From Alphaproteobacteria bacterium (GTDB taxonomy: Bacteria > Pseudomonadota > Alphaproteobacteria > UBA9219 > RGZA01): a stretch of DNA of 64,000 nt. Below the pieces are notes generated by a model that did not search any database, was not told the origin of the DNA, and worked only from the letters and a program-made list of their open reading frames with translations. How positions within the stretch are numbered: position 1 is the first letter of the stretch; each line of letters starts with the position of its first letter. The DNA is taken from positions 8,457 through 72,456 of the forward strand of contig JAKFVN010000016.1 of NCBI GenBank assembly GCA_021732145.1, in the 5' to 3' direction. The position numbers and the translations under genes were made by a program. This document shows positions 7,993 through 17,772 of this stretch, one piece after another.

Positions 7993-8768
7993 CGCAAGCC
8001 CCCGCCTGTAAACTTTGCAAAGCGCCAAGCGTCTTTTTCGAAAGCTGTGATTTTCACAATCAGGCAAAAATTCATTTGGGCTATTACCAAATGCCCATGC
8101 CGCCGCATGGGCTGACGGTGGATTATTATCGCTGCACCGCGTGCGGGTTTTTATTCACGACATTGATGGATGATTGGCACACCAATGGTATGTTCGCGCA
8201 GATGATTTATAACAAGGATTATCCGCGCATTGATGGTTCCTATAACGGCCAGCGCGCGGGAAAAATCTGCAATCTGTTTTATCTCGCCTTCTTTGATGCA
8301 TTCAAAGATTTGGAATTTCTTGATTACGGCGGCGGCATTGGTTTGCAATCCGCGCTTGTGGGCGCATTTGGCGCAAAACGTTCGCTCACTTTCGATCCTT
8401 TCGCGCAGGGTGTAGAGCGCCCGCCGGGTTCATTCAATGTGGTAAGCGCTGTCGAAGTTCTGGAACACGCAACCAATCCGCTGGCGATGATTGAAGATTT
8501 GGTGCGCTTCACCAATCCGGATGATGGCCTCATTTTCATCACCACCGAATGCCTGCCCGATGATATTGAGCAGCAAAAAACCAAATGGTGGTATGTTGAC
8601 CCGCGCGTGGGCCATGTCTCGCTTTATCCAAAGCCAATGCTCAAGAAAATCTTCGCGGCGCATGGTTACCAGATGTCACATATTCTGTATCACACGCATA
8701 TCGCTTATAAGAAATGGCCGAAATGGGCAGAACTGCTGATGTCGGAACGCGACAGAAATCTGCCCTAA
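7989..8768 (+). CDS. Class I SAM-dependent methyltransferase with N-terminal Cys4 zinc-ribbon
   Basis: CKLC...CTAC ribbon, LDYGGGIGLQ glycine-rich SAM loop, VVSAVEVLEH. ATGA overlap with rsmD. Confidence 0.65.
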   Translation: MTQAPACKLCKAPSVFFESCDFHNQAKIHLGYYQMPMPPHGLTVDYYRCTACGFLFTTLMDDWHTNGMFAQMIYNKDYPRIDGSYNGQRAGKICNLFYLAFFDAFKDLEFLDYGGGIGLQSALVGAFGAKRSLTFDPFAQGVERPPGSFNVVSAVEVLEHATNPLAMIEDLVRFTNPDDGLIFITTECLPDDIEQQKTKWWYVDPRVGHVSLYPKPMLKKIFAAHGYQMSHILYHTHIAYKKWPKWAELLMSERDRNLP

Positions 8769-10603
8769 AGCTTTAACAGCACCAGTTTTTCTGCCAATCC
8801 ATCCTGGCGCATCGTTTTCAGTGCCCATACAGCGCGCAATACTGCATCATTCGCATCGCGGCTGACATTCGATAGCAGCGCATTCACCCGCTTGTCATTT
8901 GCATCACCCGCCGGTACCACATTCTGCGCTGCTAATTGGCTTTCCACATTGCTTGGCATGAGTACGCCCAAATGCTTGACCATCGCGAGATTGAAATTTT
9001 TCTTATCGCCGGAAAACGCCTGCGTGCGCCCATAATTTTCAAACCACGCATTGCGCTCATCGTCGCTCATCACGCCGCGAAGAAGCGCGAGTGGGAATAA
9101 GGGGAGCAACGCTTCACGGTTTGCGGGCGCGGCGCTGGCTAAACGCCACCAGCTTTGCGCATCCTTATTTCCGCGCAGCAACAACAACCGCGCCATCGCC
9201 GGCGCAGCCGCCAGATTATCCGGTAATGCTGCAAGCCCTGCGACATCAGCTTCCAGGCTATCGCCCAGCGCGCCAAGCAAATCCGCATTGCTGAAGCCCG
9301 GCAGGGCGGCAGCAATGATATGCGCTTTTTGCGCAGCATTTTCTTCTTCAATGATGCTGCGGATGGCCGCCGCGCGGCGCAATGGCGCAGGCCATTCTTT
9401 TTCCGGCACGGTTAATAAGGTCTCAGGATTGCTGCGGAATTTCTCAATCGCTTTGGCGGGGAATTTCACGCCGCTTATCACCGCGTTATATACATCCGAT
9501 GCAATCTGGCGGCTGCGCGCAAATTGTTCTGCCAATTTAATGCGCTGCACATCGCCCATCGCAATATCGAGTAACATGGGTTGCGGCGGCACCATCACCG
9601 CTTCGATGTTATCGGTTTTGAGTTTCACGCGGCCAATCGCAATCGCCGCCACTTGCAGCACCGATAAATTATCATATTTCGGCGGCGCTTTTTTGGAATC
9701 CTTCGGATTTACATTGGGCGCTAATGCGCGTTCTGCAAGTTCCAAAAACAGCGCATCGCCATCGCCCGCTTCACGCAGAACGTCTAAAGCGAGGCGCGCT
9801 TCATCCGCCTTGCCATCCTTGATGCTGCACAGAATTCCCATTTTCTGGCCGAAGGCGCTGCTGGTCGCTGGCGTGTACTGCGCAGCCAATACGCATGCAT
9901 CCACGACGCGGCGCTGGCGCAGTTCCTCTTCAATGAACACCTGCCATTCCAGAGGTTTGAATGCCGCAGCGCGCGTTTTCGCAAGCGCCAATGCGCCAGC
10001 ACTATCGCCCGCTGCCTGCGCAGCCATCACGCGCGCAACAAAAAATGCATTCGCGGTTTCCGGCGTGCCGCTTGGTTCATAGGTTTTGCTAAGGCCCGCC
10101 AAGCGCAGCACATCTTTAAACACCGCATTCGCGTTTCCGGTATTCACCGTATGCGTTGAGTTGTTGAGCAGCGCAGCTGCTTCGCTATAGGAAAAAGTTT
10201 TCCAGATATCCATCGGCAAGCTGCCGGTTTTTTCATCCAGAATTCCGTAATGGGTGAGCACCGGCGCTGCAAGCTCATTTTTTTCAACGTAATCGGCTCT
10301 GCGCCCAATGGAGGACGATGGCGGTGGCGGTGCCGCCATTGCAGGCGCATAGCCCATCGGTTGCGGCGCGGTCTGCATCACCGGCGGGTGGGATGGAAAA
10401 TTGGGCGTTGCCAGTTGTTCATCGGTTTGCGTGTCGATATTCACGCCTTCACCTTCATTCGCATCATCAACCACCAAATCCTGCGGCACGCCCGCGGCAG
10501 CGCGATAAGGCGCTTGATGCGGAGCCTGGGCATGCGCCGCGCTTGCCACGCTTAAAAGCAGCCCACACAGAACGTGATGAAAAGTATTGCGCATGAAAAG
10601 CAA
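8765..10603 (-). CDS. Hypothetical secreted Ala-rich protein (612 aa)
   Basis: Signal peptide LCGLLLSVASAAHA|QAP, a Pro/Ala-rich linker, then a long helical-looking Ala/Leu-rich region. I recognise no domain. The antisense 343-aa ORF is low-complexity. Confidence 0.6.
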   Translation of the reverse strand: MLFMRNTFHHVLCGLLLSVASAAHAQAPHQAPYRAAAGVPQDLVVDDANEGEGVNIDTQTDEQLATPNFPSHPPVMQTAPQPMGYAPAMAAPPPPSSSIGRRADYVEKNELAAPVLTHYGILDEKTGSLPMDIWKTFSYSEAAALLNNSTHTVNTGNANAVFKDVLRLAGLSKTYEPSGTPETANAFFVARVMAAQAAGDSAGALALAKTRAAAFKPLEWQVFIEEELRQRRVVDACVLAAQYTPATSSAFGQKMGILCSIKDGKADEARLALDVLREAGDGDALFLELAERALAPNVNPKDSKKAPPKYDNLSVLQVAAIAIGRVKLKTDNIEAVMVPPQPMLLDIAMGDVQRIKLAEQFARSRQIASDVYNAVISGVKFPAKAIEKFRSNPETLLTVPEKEWPAPLRRAAAIRSIIEEENAAQKAHIIAAALPGFSNADLLGALGDSLEADVAGLAALPDNLAAAPAMARLLLLRGNKDAQSWWRLASAAPANREALLPLFPLALLRGVMSDDERNAWFENYGRTQAFSGDKKNFNLAMVKHLGVLMPSNVESQLAAQNVVPAGDANDKRVNALLSNVSRDANDAVLRAVWALKTMRQDGLAEKLVLLKL

Positions 10604-10683
10604 AGAAGTTCCCTTGAATTAGGTATGGCCATACCGTGGCAACTTATACTAAAATAGTTGTTAAAAATTATGGCAAGGTTCGC

Positions 10684-11205
10684 ATGAGGCAAGCAATCGT
10701 TTTAGTTGGGATGATGGGGTCAGGCAAAACCGCGCTTGGCCGCCAATTGGCCCAGCGGCTCTCCCTGCCCTTTCTTGATACCGATGCCGAAATTGAAAAA
10801 GCGACCGGCATGCGCATCGCGCATATCTTTGAAGAACAGGGCGAAGCGGCATTCCGCGGCTATGAACGCACCAAAATCGCCAAATTGCTGGCGGGTGAGC
10901 CTTGTGTTCTATCAACCGGCGGCGGGGCGGTTATGGATGCCGGAACGCGGGAGCTCATTGCAGCCAAGGCAACTGTTATATGGCTCAAGGCGCGGCTGGA
11001 AACACTATTGAACCGCGTTTCCAAGGATAAGAACCGCCCGCTGCTGAAGACCGATAACCCTGCTGCCAAGTTGCAACAGTTATTGGATACCCGCACGCCG
11101 TTTTACAACGAAGCGCCCATTCAAATAGAAACCGATGTAAAAGGCTTTGAAGAAACGGTTGAAGCCATGCTCAAGGCCGTGCAAAATCACCAAAATACAG
11201 TTTAA
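10684..11205 (+). CDS. aroK: Shikimate kinase
   Basis: IVLVGMMGSGKTALGRQLAQRLSLPFLDTD (Walker A plus the DTD motif), STGGGAV. Start set at MRQAIVLVG; the ORF track starts at an upstream GTG. Confidence 0.9.
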   Translation: MRQAIVLVGMMGSGKTALGRQLAQRLSLPFLDTDAEIEKATGMRIAHIFEEQGEAAFRGYERTKIAKLLAGEPCVLSTGGGAVMDAGTRELIAAKATVIWLKARLETLLNRVSKDKNRPLLKTDNPAAKLQQLLDTRTPFYNEAPIQIETDVKGFEETVEAMLKAVQNHQNTV

Positions 11206-11213
11206 GGATTAAA

Positions 11214-12344
11214 ATGAGTATTTTAGGAAATATCCTGCCGCACGAAGCGCCGCAAACCATTACCGTTTCATTGGGCAATCGCAGCTATCCTATTCATATC
11301 GGCAGCGGGTTATTGAACGAAGTTCCCCTGCTCATCCGCGAAGCATTCGGCATGCGCCGCTGCATTATTATTACCGACAGCCATCTTTCCAACGTGTATG
11401 GCGAAAAACTGCATGCGGCGATGACGCGCATTGGCCTGTGCAAGGATGACGTGCTGGTTATTCCTGCTGGCGAACAGGCCAAGACATTTTCATACCTTTC
11501 CTTCATTCTTGATCACCTGTTCCAAAAGAATATCGACCGTAAGACGATGCTCGTGGCACTGGGCGGCGGCGTGATGGGTGATTTGGTCGGATTTGCCGCA
11601 TCCATCGCGATGCGCGGCATTGACTTCATTCAAATTCCCACCACCTTGCTCGCGCAGGTAGACAGCTCCGTTGGCGGCAAAACCGCGATTAATTCCGCGC
11701 GCGGCAAAAATCTGATTGGCACATTCCACCAGCCAAAAATGGTCATTGCCGATGTGGATACGCTGAAAACGCTGCCCACGCGCGAATTGCGCGCAGGCTA
11801 TGCCGAAGTCGTCAAATACGGCCTTATCAGCAATCCGGATTTCTTCACATGGCTGGAAACCAAAGGCCATAAATTGCTAACCGGCATCAAGGAAAAGCAA
11901 ATCCACGCGATTAAGGTCAGTTGCGAGATGAAGGCGCAGATTGTCGCGGAAGATGAAAAAGAATCTACAGGTAAACGCGCGCTATTGAACTTTGGCCACA
12001 CATTCGGTCACGCATTTGAATTGATGGCGAATTACGATAACAGCCTGCTGCATGGCGAAGCGGTTGCCATCGGCATGGCAAAGGCGTTTGAACTGTCAAC
12101 GCGCCTTGGGTTATGCCCCGAAGCCGATACGCAGCGCGTGAAGGAACATTTGAAATCGGTCAACCTGCCGATTTCCATTCAGGGCCGTAACTGGAATACG
12201 GATAAACTGCTTGCGTCCATGTACCGCGATAAAAAGGCCGAAGATGGCCAGTTGAATTTTGTCGTCACGCGCGGCATTGGCCAGGCCTTCGTGCAGCAGC
12301 ACGTCGTCGCATCAGATGTCAAAGCTGTATTAGATTTGAATTAA
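11214..12344 (+). CDS. aroB: 3-dehydroquinate synthase
   Basis: LGGGVMGDLVGFAAS, IPTTLLAQVDSSVGGKTAIN, NFGHTFGHAFE, LHGEAVAIGM. Confidence 0.92.
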   Translation: MSILGNILPHEAPQTITVSLGNRSYPIHIGSGLLNEVPLLIREAFGMRRCIIITDSHLSNVYGEKLHAAMTRIGLCKDDVLVIPAGEQAKTFSYLSFILDHLFQKNIDRKTMLVALGGGVMGDLVGFAASIAMRGIDFIQIPTTLLAQVDSSVGGKTAINSARGKNLIGTFHQPKMVIADVDTLKTLPTRELRAGYAEVVKYGLISNPDFFTWLETKGHKLLTGIKEKQIHAIKVSCEMKAQIVAEDEKESTGKRALLNFGHTFGHAFELMANYDNSLLHGEAVAIGMAKAFELSTRLGLCPEADTQRVKEHLKSVNLPISIQGRNWNTDKLLASMYRDKKAEDGQLNFVVTRGIGQAFVQQHVVASDVKAVLDLN

Positions 12345-13028
12345 TCAGGCAGCCACGTTTACGCGTGCTTGCGGGATTTCGTACGGCGCACGGCTCAGCA
12401 GCGTTGATGCATATTCCGCTGCCGCCGATGTCAATTTGCCATTTTCAAAGGTCAATGTGCCAGCCAGCTCGCCAATCTTCTTGGTGCGCAGCTTATAGCG
12501 CTCATCGGCAATGGCTTCTTTATCCTTATCGCCCTTGGCCGCTTTCTTTTCTTCGTAATACAACTCCAGCGCCTTCTGCGTTGCCTGCAATGCGCTGAGC
12601 TTGGCAATTTTCTTAAGTTCTGTGGCAGCGTCCGGATTATCCCTTAAATACTCGGTGAATTTTTTCTTATATGCGGTGTCGACCGTGATGTCGCCGCTGG
12701 CGCTGATATTGAAAACGGTTTTTTCATCCACCGGGATGGAATTGCGTTTATAAAAATCGGAAAGCTTGCTCGCAAACGCATCAATGCGTTTTTGCAACCG
12801 TTCGGCTGCGCCTGCATTGCCACTGATAATCGCGGCATCAGCCTGGTTTAACAGCGCCTGCGCGCGCGGCGACAGCTCAACGTTATCGGTTGAAGCTGGA
12901 TTATCGCTGGTACCCTGATAGGCAAAACCGGCCCCGCCATTTAATGATGCAGACTTCCCGCCTGATGCAGCGGGGTTTTGAAGCAAGGAGGACAGTACAT
13001 TGCCGGTGTTCGATACGTTCATGGCCAA
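12345..13028 (-). CDS. Hypothetical protein (227 aa)
   Basis: Long ORF with balanced composition and no signal peptide. I recognise no domain. Its stop abuts the aroB stop (convergent, no spacer). Confidence 0.5.
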   Translation of the reverse strand: MAMNVSNTGNVLSSLLQNPAASGGKSASLNGGAGFAYQGTSDNPASTDNVELSPRAQALLNQADAAIISGNAGAAERLQKRIDAFASKLSDFYKRNSIPVDEKTVFNISASGDITVDTAYKKKFTEYLRDNPDAATELKKIAKLSALQATQKALELYYEEKKAAKGDKDKEAIADERYKLRTKKIGELAGTLTFENGKLTSAAAEYASTLLSRAPYEIPQARVNVAA

Positions 13029-13089
13029 TAGATTATGGGCGGAGGGTTTAATATCCCCTTAAGAATGCCCCCCGCTATTTTCATGCCAA

Positions 13090-13512
13090 TTAGCCCGCCA
13101 CGCGTACCTGAAAGGCTGCGCCTGGCTTTAATGCTGCAAAATCCTGCTTAGCGGAGAATAAAAACGCCGTGCCATGCCCTGCTTTTTGGTGGCCTTCCTC
13201 GGTTGCGGCGGATTTATAATAGCTCATCGCGAATACGCGCACGCTGGCGGTAAACGATGATTCCTCTGCCTTATGCTGGGCAACCATGCTGCAAAGCTGA
13301 TGAATGCTGAGTTTTTCGCGACGGCATATTTCAATCAGCGCATTCCACATTGCCGGCTCCAGACGCATCGATGTGCGGTGGCCATTCAGCGTGATGTTGC
13401 GGCTAATCAGCGAGGATTTCAGCGTCGCCATATCATCGCTTTTTTGAATACCGGGTTCGATTGCCGGACGCGGGGTCATAGGGGGGGTATGGGAAGCCAT
13501 GAATTTCTCCAT
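13090..13512 (-). CDS. Ribbon-helix-helix (RHH_4-like) domain protein
   Basis: SLISRNITLNGHRTSMRLEPAMWNALIEICRREKLSIHQLCSMVA...SFTASVRVFAMSYY matches the alphaproteobacterial RHH_4 pattern. Start uncertain (13548, 13512 or 13500). Confidence 0.6.
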   Translation of the reverse strand: MEKFMASHTPPMTPRPAIEPGIQKSDDMATLKSSLISRNITLNGHRTSMRLEPAMWNALIEICRREKLSIHQLCSMVAQHKAEESSFTASVRVFAMSYYKSAATEEGHQKAGHGTAFLFSAKQDFAALKPGAAFQVRVAG

Positions 13513-13728
13513 TCTTGGATAGGTTACAGGGGTATGCAGCAGGTACATTCAGCGGTATTGTGTGTTTAGCCATTTCTGTATGCGAGAATCGCTTAACCAC
13601 AATACAACTTATGGTTGCATAATAATACCCCAATAAATTGTGGCAATAAATTTTTCACAACTCTTGGTTGAATAACGGATTGTGTGGTATTTTGGCTGCT
13701 ATGTATGCGGGGCTTATCAAGCTGCTAA

Positions 13729-14001
13729 TCAGGCTGTTGGTTTTAAATCCAAAACCAGCGCATGAACCCGTTCCTTCATTTCATCGGCCAGCAGACTGTA
13801 TACCAGTCGTTGCTGCGCAACGCGGCTAAGCCCGTTAAAAGCGGATGAAGTCACAGCAAGGGTAAAGTGCGTTTCACCGGATGGATGGGCACCTGCATGC
13901 CCCGCATGGCGGTGGCTGTCATCGGTCAGCAAAAAAGCTTCCGGCGACAGGTTTTCGCGGATTTTTTTTTCAATACGTTGGGCGTAGATGGCATCTTTCA
14001 T
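13729..14001 (-). CDS. BolA family protein
   Basis: LLTDDSHRHAGHAG...ETHFTLAVTSSAFNGLSRVAQQRLVYSLL; 90 aa. Confidence 0.85.
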   Translation of the reverse strand: MKDAIYAQRIEKKIRENLSPEAFLLTDDSHRHAGHAGAHPSGETHFTLAVTSSAFNGLSRVAQQRLVYSLLADEMKERVHALVLDLKPTA

Positions 14002-14039
14002 GTTTTAAACCCTACCCCATTTTTGATATTCTGGGAAGT

Positions 14040-14933
14040 ATGCCAAATAATATGAATGTACAAAAAGGTAATTTAAAAAAATTGAGGGAAGCATTGGCGG
14101 CAACCAAGGCGGCAAAACCTACGCCCGAGCGGTTGCGCGACAGCGCAGAGCGAATGGCGCAAAAACCTACGCCCGAGCGGTTGCGCGACAGCGCAGAGCG
14201 AATGGCGCAAAAACCTACGCCCGAGCGGTTGCGCGACAGCGCAGAGCGAATGGCGGATAAAGGCGCAGAGCAGGCGACTCAAATTAAAATGCACGACCCT
14301 GAAGTTGCGCCGCATCTGTTCAAAAAATGGATTGGTGACCGCGTGGCCGTGGTGCGCGTGCGTAACTGCGATAACCCCAATTGCGCGCAGCGCGGCGAGT
14401 TTCGCGCGCCAAAATCCCGCTATAACCTTGAGGATTATTACTGGTTCTGCCTTGACCATGTGCGCATTTATAACGCCGCATGGGATTATTATCAGGGCAT
14501 GAGCGTTGCGGAAATTGAAGAAGCCCTGCGCGCGGGCACCACATGGGAACGCCCCACATGGCCGATGGGTGATAGAAAAATTGAACGCCGCGTGCGCGAT
14601 GCGTTCAAACGCGTCTTTGATGAAGATGATATTGAAAGCAACGCCGAGCATATTCATGCCAAGGCACAGGAGCGCGGCGTTGATCCGCGCTATGCCGCGC
14701 AGCTCAACGCGCTTCGCGAATTGGGACTTGCACCGCCAATTGATTTTGAAGGTATCAAGAAACGCTACCGCGATATGGTGAAGATGCACCACCCCGATGT
14801 GCAAAGCGGCCCGGATTTACAAACAAGCAGGGCGGAAGCGGAAGAGAAAATCAAGCGCCTGAATGTCGCCTTCACGGTGCTCAAGGAATTCTATGCCTTT
14901 GAAACCGTGAATATGGAAAACGCACAAGATTAA
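14040..14933 (+). CDS. J-domain protein (C-terminal DnaJ domain) with Cys/His cluster
   Basis: FEGIKKRYRDMVKMHHPDV (HPD J-domain motif) near the C-terminus; CDNPNCAQRGEF...WFCLDHVRIYN cluster. Start at MPNNMNV (GGGAAG SD); divergent from bolA as in other alphaproteobacteria. The N-terminus carries three tandem repeat units. Confidence 0.8.
   Translation: MPNNMNVQKGNLKKLREALAATKAAKPTPERLRDSAERMAQKPTPERLRDSAERMAQKPTPERLRDSAERMADKGAEQATQIKMHDPEVAPHLFKKWIGDRVAVVRVRNCDNPNCAQRGEFRAPKSRYNLEDYYWFCLDHVRIYNAAWDYYQGMSVAEIEEALRAGTTWERPTWPMGDRKIERRVRDAFKRVFDEDDIESNAEHIHAKAQERGVDPRYAAQLNALRELGLAPPIDFEGIKKRYRDMVKMHHPDVQSGPDLQTSRAEAEEKIKRLNVAFTVLKEFYAFETVNMENAQD
14115..14273. repeat. Three tandem 48-bp units of the GGTTG-hairpin repeat, in frame in the J-domain gene
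   Basis: AAACCTACGCCCGAGCGGTTGCGCGACAGCGCAGAGCGAATGGCGCAA occurs at 14115, 14163 and 14211 (period 48). It translates to KPTPERLRDSAERMAQ three times. The third unit ends ...ADKGAEQ, like the rluB copy. Confidence 0.9.
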
Positions 14934-14991
14934 ACTTTCCCCTGCGCATTAAACCAGTTAATTTCAAGAGATACAGAGTTAAGGAAAAGAA

Positions 14992-15975
14992 ATGTCATCC
15001 GCAGCAAAACCAAGCGTAAAAACCGAAGAGCTCGGCGCGCCCGATATCCGCGTTTCCGTCAAGCAAACCTTTGGCCTCAGCATCGCCAATGATTTTCAGG
15101 TGCCTGCGTTTTCAAACGCCTCTGAACATGTGCCAACACTGGATGAAAGCTATCAGTTTGACAAGGAAACCACGCTCGCCATTCTGGCAGGCTTTGCGCA
15201 TAACCGCCGCGTGATGGTGCAGGGCTATCACGGCACGGGTAAATCGACGCATATCGAACAGGTGGCGGCGCGCCTCAACTGGCCATGCATTCGCATTAAC
15301 TTGGACAGCCATATCAGCCGTATCGATTTAATTGGCAAGGATGCGATTGTATTGAAAGATGGCAAGCAGGTTACCGAATTCCGCGAAGGATTATTGCCGT
15401 GGGCCTTGCAGCATGCCACGGCGCTAGTGTTCGATGAATATGATGCCGGCCGCCCGGACGTGATGTTTGTTATCCAGCGCATTCTGGAAGCGGAAGGCCG
15501 CTTGACGCTGCTTGATCAAAACCGCGTCATCACCCCGCACCCATCCTTCCGCTTATTCGCAACGGCCAATACAGTTGGCCTTGGCGATACCACCGGCCTT
15601 TATCATGGCACGCAGCCCATCAACCAGGGCCAGATGGATCGATGGAATGTGGTGTGCACGCTGAATTATCTTCCAGCCGAAGATGAAGTGAACATCATTC
15701 TGGCGAAATGCCCATCACTGAATAACGATGAAGGCCGCAAGCAGGTTGCCAGCATGGTGCAACTGGCAGGCTTAACGCGCAGCGGGTTTATCAACGGGGA
15801 TATTTCCACCGTCATGTCACCGCGCACCGTGATTACATGGGCGCAGAACAATGCCATTTTCAATGACATCGCAACATCGTTTCGCCTTAGTTTCGTGAAT
15901 AAATGTGATGAAACGGAACGCCCCATTCTGGCAGAATATTTCCAGCGCTGTTTTGGAATTGAACTAGCCCCTTAA
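14992..15975 (+). CDS. cobS: CobS-like AAA+ ATPase (aerobic cobaltochelatase subunit CobS family)
   Basis: [44 protein letters not shown] (Walker A), [13 protein letters not shown] (Walker B), FRLFATANT. Confidence 0.85.
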   Translation: MSSAAKPSVKTEELGAPDIRVSVKQTFGLSIANDFQVPAFSNASEHVPTLDESYQFDKETTLAILAGFAHNRRVMVQGYHGTGKSTHIEQVAARLNWPCIRINLDSHISRIDLIGKDAIVLKDGKQVTEFREGLLPWALQHATALVFDEYDAGRPDVMFVIQRILEAEGRLTLLDQNRVITPHPSFRLFATANTVGLGDTTGLYHGTQPINQGQMDRWNVVCTLNYLPAEDEVNIILAKCPSLNNDEGRKQVASMVQLAGLTRSGFINGDISTVMSPRTVITWAQNNAIFNDIATSFRLSFVNKCDETERPILAEYFQRCFGIELAP

Positions 15976-15985
15976 GGAGCAATAG

Positions 15986-16438
15986 ATGCTTGCAGCCCTC
16001 ACGCTTTCCAGTTTTTTTGGCCTTACCGAATATCTGGGGCTTGGCGATAAGGCGGAGTATTATTTTGCGTGCTCCGACCCCGCATTCTTTGTCGTGCGCA
16101 ATGAAAACCAGATGACGGGCGATAAGCATCTTGAACTGAAGGGCACCATCAACACCCCGCAGCAAGGCTATAGCTACAAATGGCAATTTGTGAGTGTCGA
16201 AGCGCCCTATGCCTATGCTGATATTCTGGTGGGGCAGCCCTTAAGCGCGGATAAGCGTTTTGGCCGCGGCCTGCCCGCTATCCAGCAATTGCAGGTGGCC
16301 CAGAAATTCACCTTGCCGCAGCAGGTCAGCGTGTTCCGCTTCCGTATTGCTGGCCTTGGCCCACAGCCCATGTTGGTGCAATGTGATTTAACGCAGACAC
16401 CAACCAATTATTCCAGCCCCGGCCAGCCCGTTGACTAA
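15986..16438 (+). CDS. Hypothetical protein (150 aa)
   Basis: ATG lies 10 nt after the cobS stop, so it is probably co-transcribed. I recognise no domain. Confidence 0.45.
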   Translation: MLAALTLSSFFGLTEYLGLGDKAEYYFACSDPAFFVVRNENQMTGDKHLELKGTINTPQQGYSYKWQFVSVEAPYAYADILVGQPLSADKRFGRGLPAIQQLQVAQKFTLPQQVSVFRFRIAGLGPQPMLVQCDLTQTPTNYSSPGQPVD

Positions 16439-16447
16439 CGCGGCCCG

Positions 16448-17560
16448 CTAACTGCGTGACAAGCGCACGGCAATCGCATGCTGCGCATACGCATACTGCG
16501 TGGGCGCAACGCAAATGGCTTCAGCTTGCTGCGCAATTGCCTGGCTCGTAAAATCCAGAAAGCGCGGGCCTTTATGCGCGGCAATCAATCCGCCCACTAC
16601 AATGGCTTCTTTTACAGCCTGTACTTCATCCTTGCTCTGATCAATTCCCGCAAGATACGCGCCAAGGAACCCATCACCCGCACCTGTTACATCCACAACT
16701 TTAACAGGATTTGGAAAAAGCTGATCCACATGGCCCGCGTGCGCAATAATCACGCTGTCACCGCCTCTGGTCATCACGCAGCGCAGGGTCAGCTCATCCG
16801 ATAGCACGCTTGCCAATGACCCATCGCAATCTTCATCAAACGGCAGCTTGAAATGCTTGGCAAGATTGGCGGCTTCCGCGCGGTTAATCACGATATCCGT
16901 CACGTAATCAAAATCGCTGCATCGCAGCCCAGCCGCTTTGGTGCAATTGAAGACGGTGCGTACCACGCCGCGGCCCGCTGCGCGGGCAAGCAATGCGCGT
17001 GTCTGCTCCAGCGGAACCGATGTATTGACAAGCAGCGTGGTATCCGCATGCAGGGCTTCGTCCGGAACCATGCGTTGGTCAGCCATGTTATTGGTGCCCT
17101 TGTAAATCAGGCTTAATTGCGTATTCACATCCTGAATAAAAATGTGCGCATGCGCCATGGTCATGCCGGGAATAATTTTCATGCGCATGTCAACGCCAAG
17201 ATTGCCAAGGCTTTCCAGCGCGCGCGTGGAATACGCATCTTCGCCCAGCGCGCCCGCCAGCATCACTTCGCAGCCCATCACCTTGGCAACAGCGGCAGGG
17301 TTCGCGCCCTTGCCCGTTGAATAATCACTGCTTGGGATTTCGGTTGATAACGGCAAGAATTCGCGCAGCGACGCACCCAACTTATCACCATCTGGAATGG
17401 GAAGGCCTGCGCGCGCGCTTGCATAAAACTGCGCATGGGGAACGGTCAGGTACACAATTGCCTGCCCATCATCTGTCAGAAGCGGTGAAAGCGCTTTCGG
17501 CAGCTTCACATTCTCGAAGTAAAAATCATGGGTGGTGGAAGCAAAAACAACGACGCTCAT
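16448..17560 (-). CDS. PfkB-family carbohydrate/nucleoside kinase
   Basis: C-terminal DVTGAGDGFLGAYLAG (PfkB signature 2) and a ribokinase-like N-terminus VVVFASTTHDFYF. Start set at the internal ATG 17560; the track ORF begins at TTG 17626. Confidence 0.75.
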   Translation of the reverse strand: MSVVVFASTTHDFYFENVKLPKALSPLLTDDGQAIVYLTVPHAQFYASARAGLPIPDGDKLGASLREFLPLSTEIPSSDYSTGKGANPAAVAKVMGCEVMLAGALGEDAYSTRALESLGNLGVDMRMKIIPGMTMAHAHIFIQDVNTQLSLIYKGTNNMADQRMVPDEALHADTTLLVNTSVPLEQTRALLARAAGRGVVRTVFNCTKAAGLRCSDFDYVTDIVINRAEAANLAKHFKLPFDEDCDGSLASVLSDELTLRCVMTRGGDSVIIAHAGHVDQLFPNPVKVVDVTGAGDGFLGAYLAGIDQSKDEVQAVKEAIVVGGLIAAHKGPRFLDFTSQAIAQQAEAICVAPTQYAYAQHAIAVRLSRS

Positions 17561-17687
17561 TACGAAAATCCATAAAAAATAAGGCAGGTAAAATAGTGCG
17601 GCTTCATTCAAAGATAACACTGGCAATGTGTCAAGGAGCGCAATAGTTTCATCAATATAGGCGCCGCATGAAATGACCGCTCCATCA

Positions 17688-17736
17688 CGAGCGGTTGCGC
17701 CACTTAATTTTTAAGGGGGCGCAAAGCGAGTGAAGC
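17688..17736. repeat. GGTTG-hairpin repeat copy upstream of cobT
   Basis: CGAGCGGTTGCGCC-ACTTAATTTTTAAGGG-GGCGCAAAGCGAGTGAAGC; 7-bp stem TTGCGCC/GGCGCAA. Confidence 0.7.
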
Positions 17737-17772
17737 TCAAAAAATGTTAACAACGGAAAACAATAATAATAT

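Noticed and set aside
9051-10082. 343-aa plus-strand ORF overlapping the 612-aa minus-strand gene.
   Set aside because: The translation is Ser/Ala/Arg-rich and low-complexity. The opposite strand has a signal peptide and protein-like composition.
13590-13610. CTTAACCACAATACAAC upstream of the RHH gene resembles a CtrA box (TTAA-N7-TTAA).
   Set aside because: Only the first half-site (TTAAC) is present. The second half is ACAA, so it does not meet the consensus.
14115-14273. The regularly spaced 48-bp direct repeats could suggest a CRISPR array.
   Set aside because: The units are contiguous with no spacers, lie in frame inside a J-domain protein gene, and belong to the dispersed hairpin repeat family. 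No cas genes are in the window.
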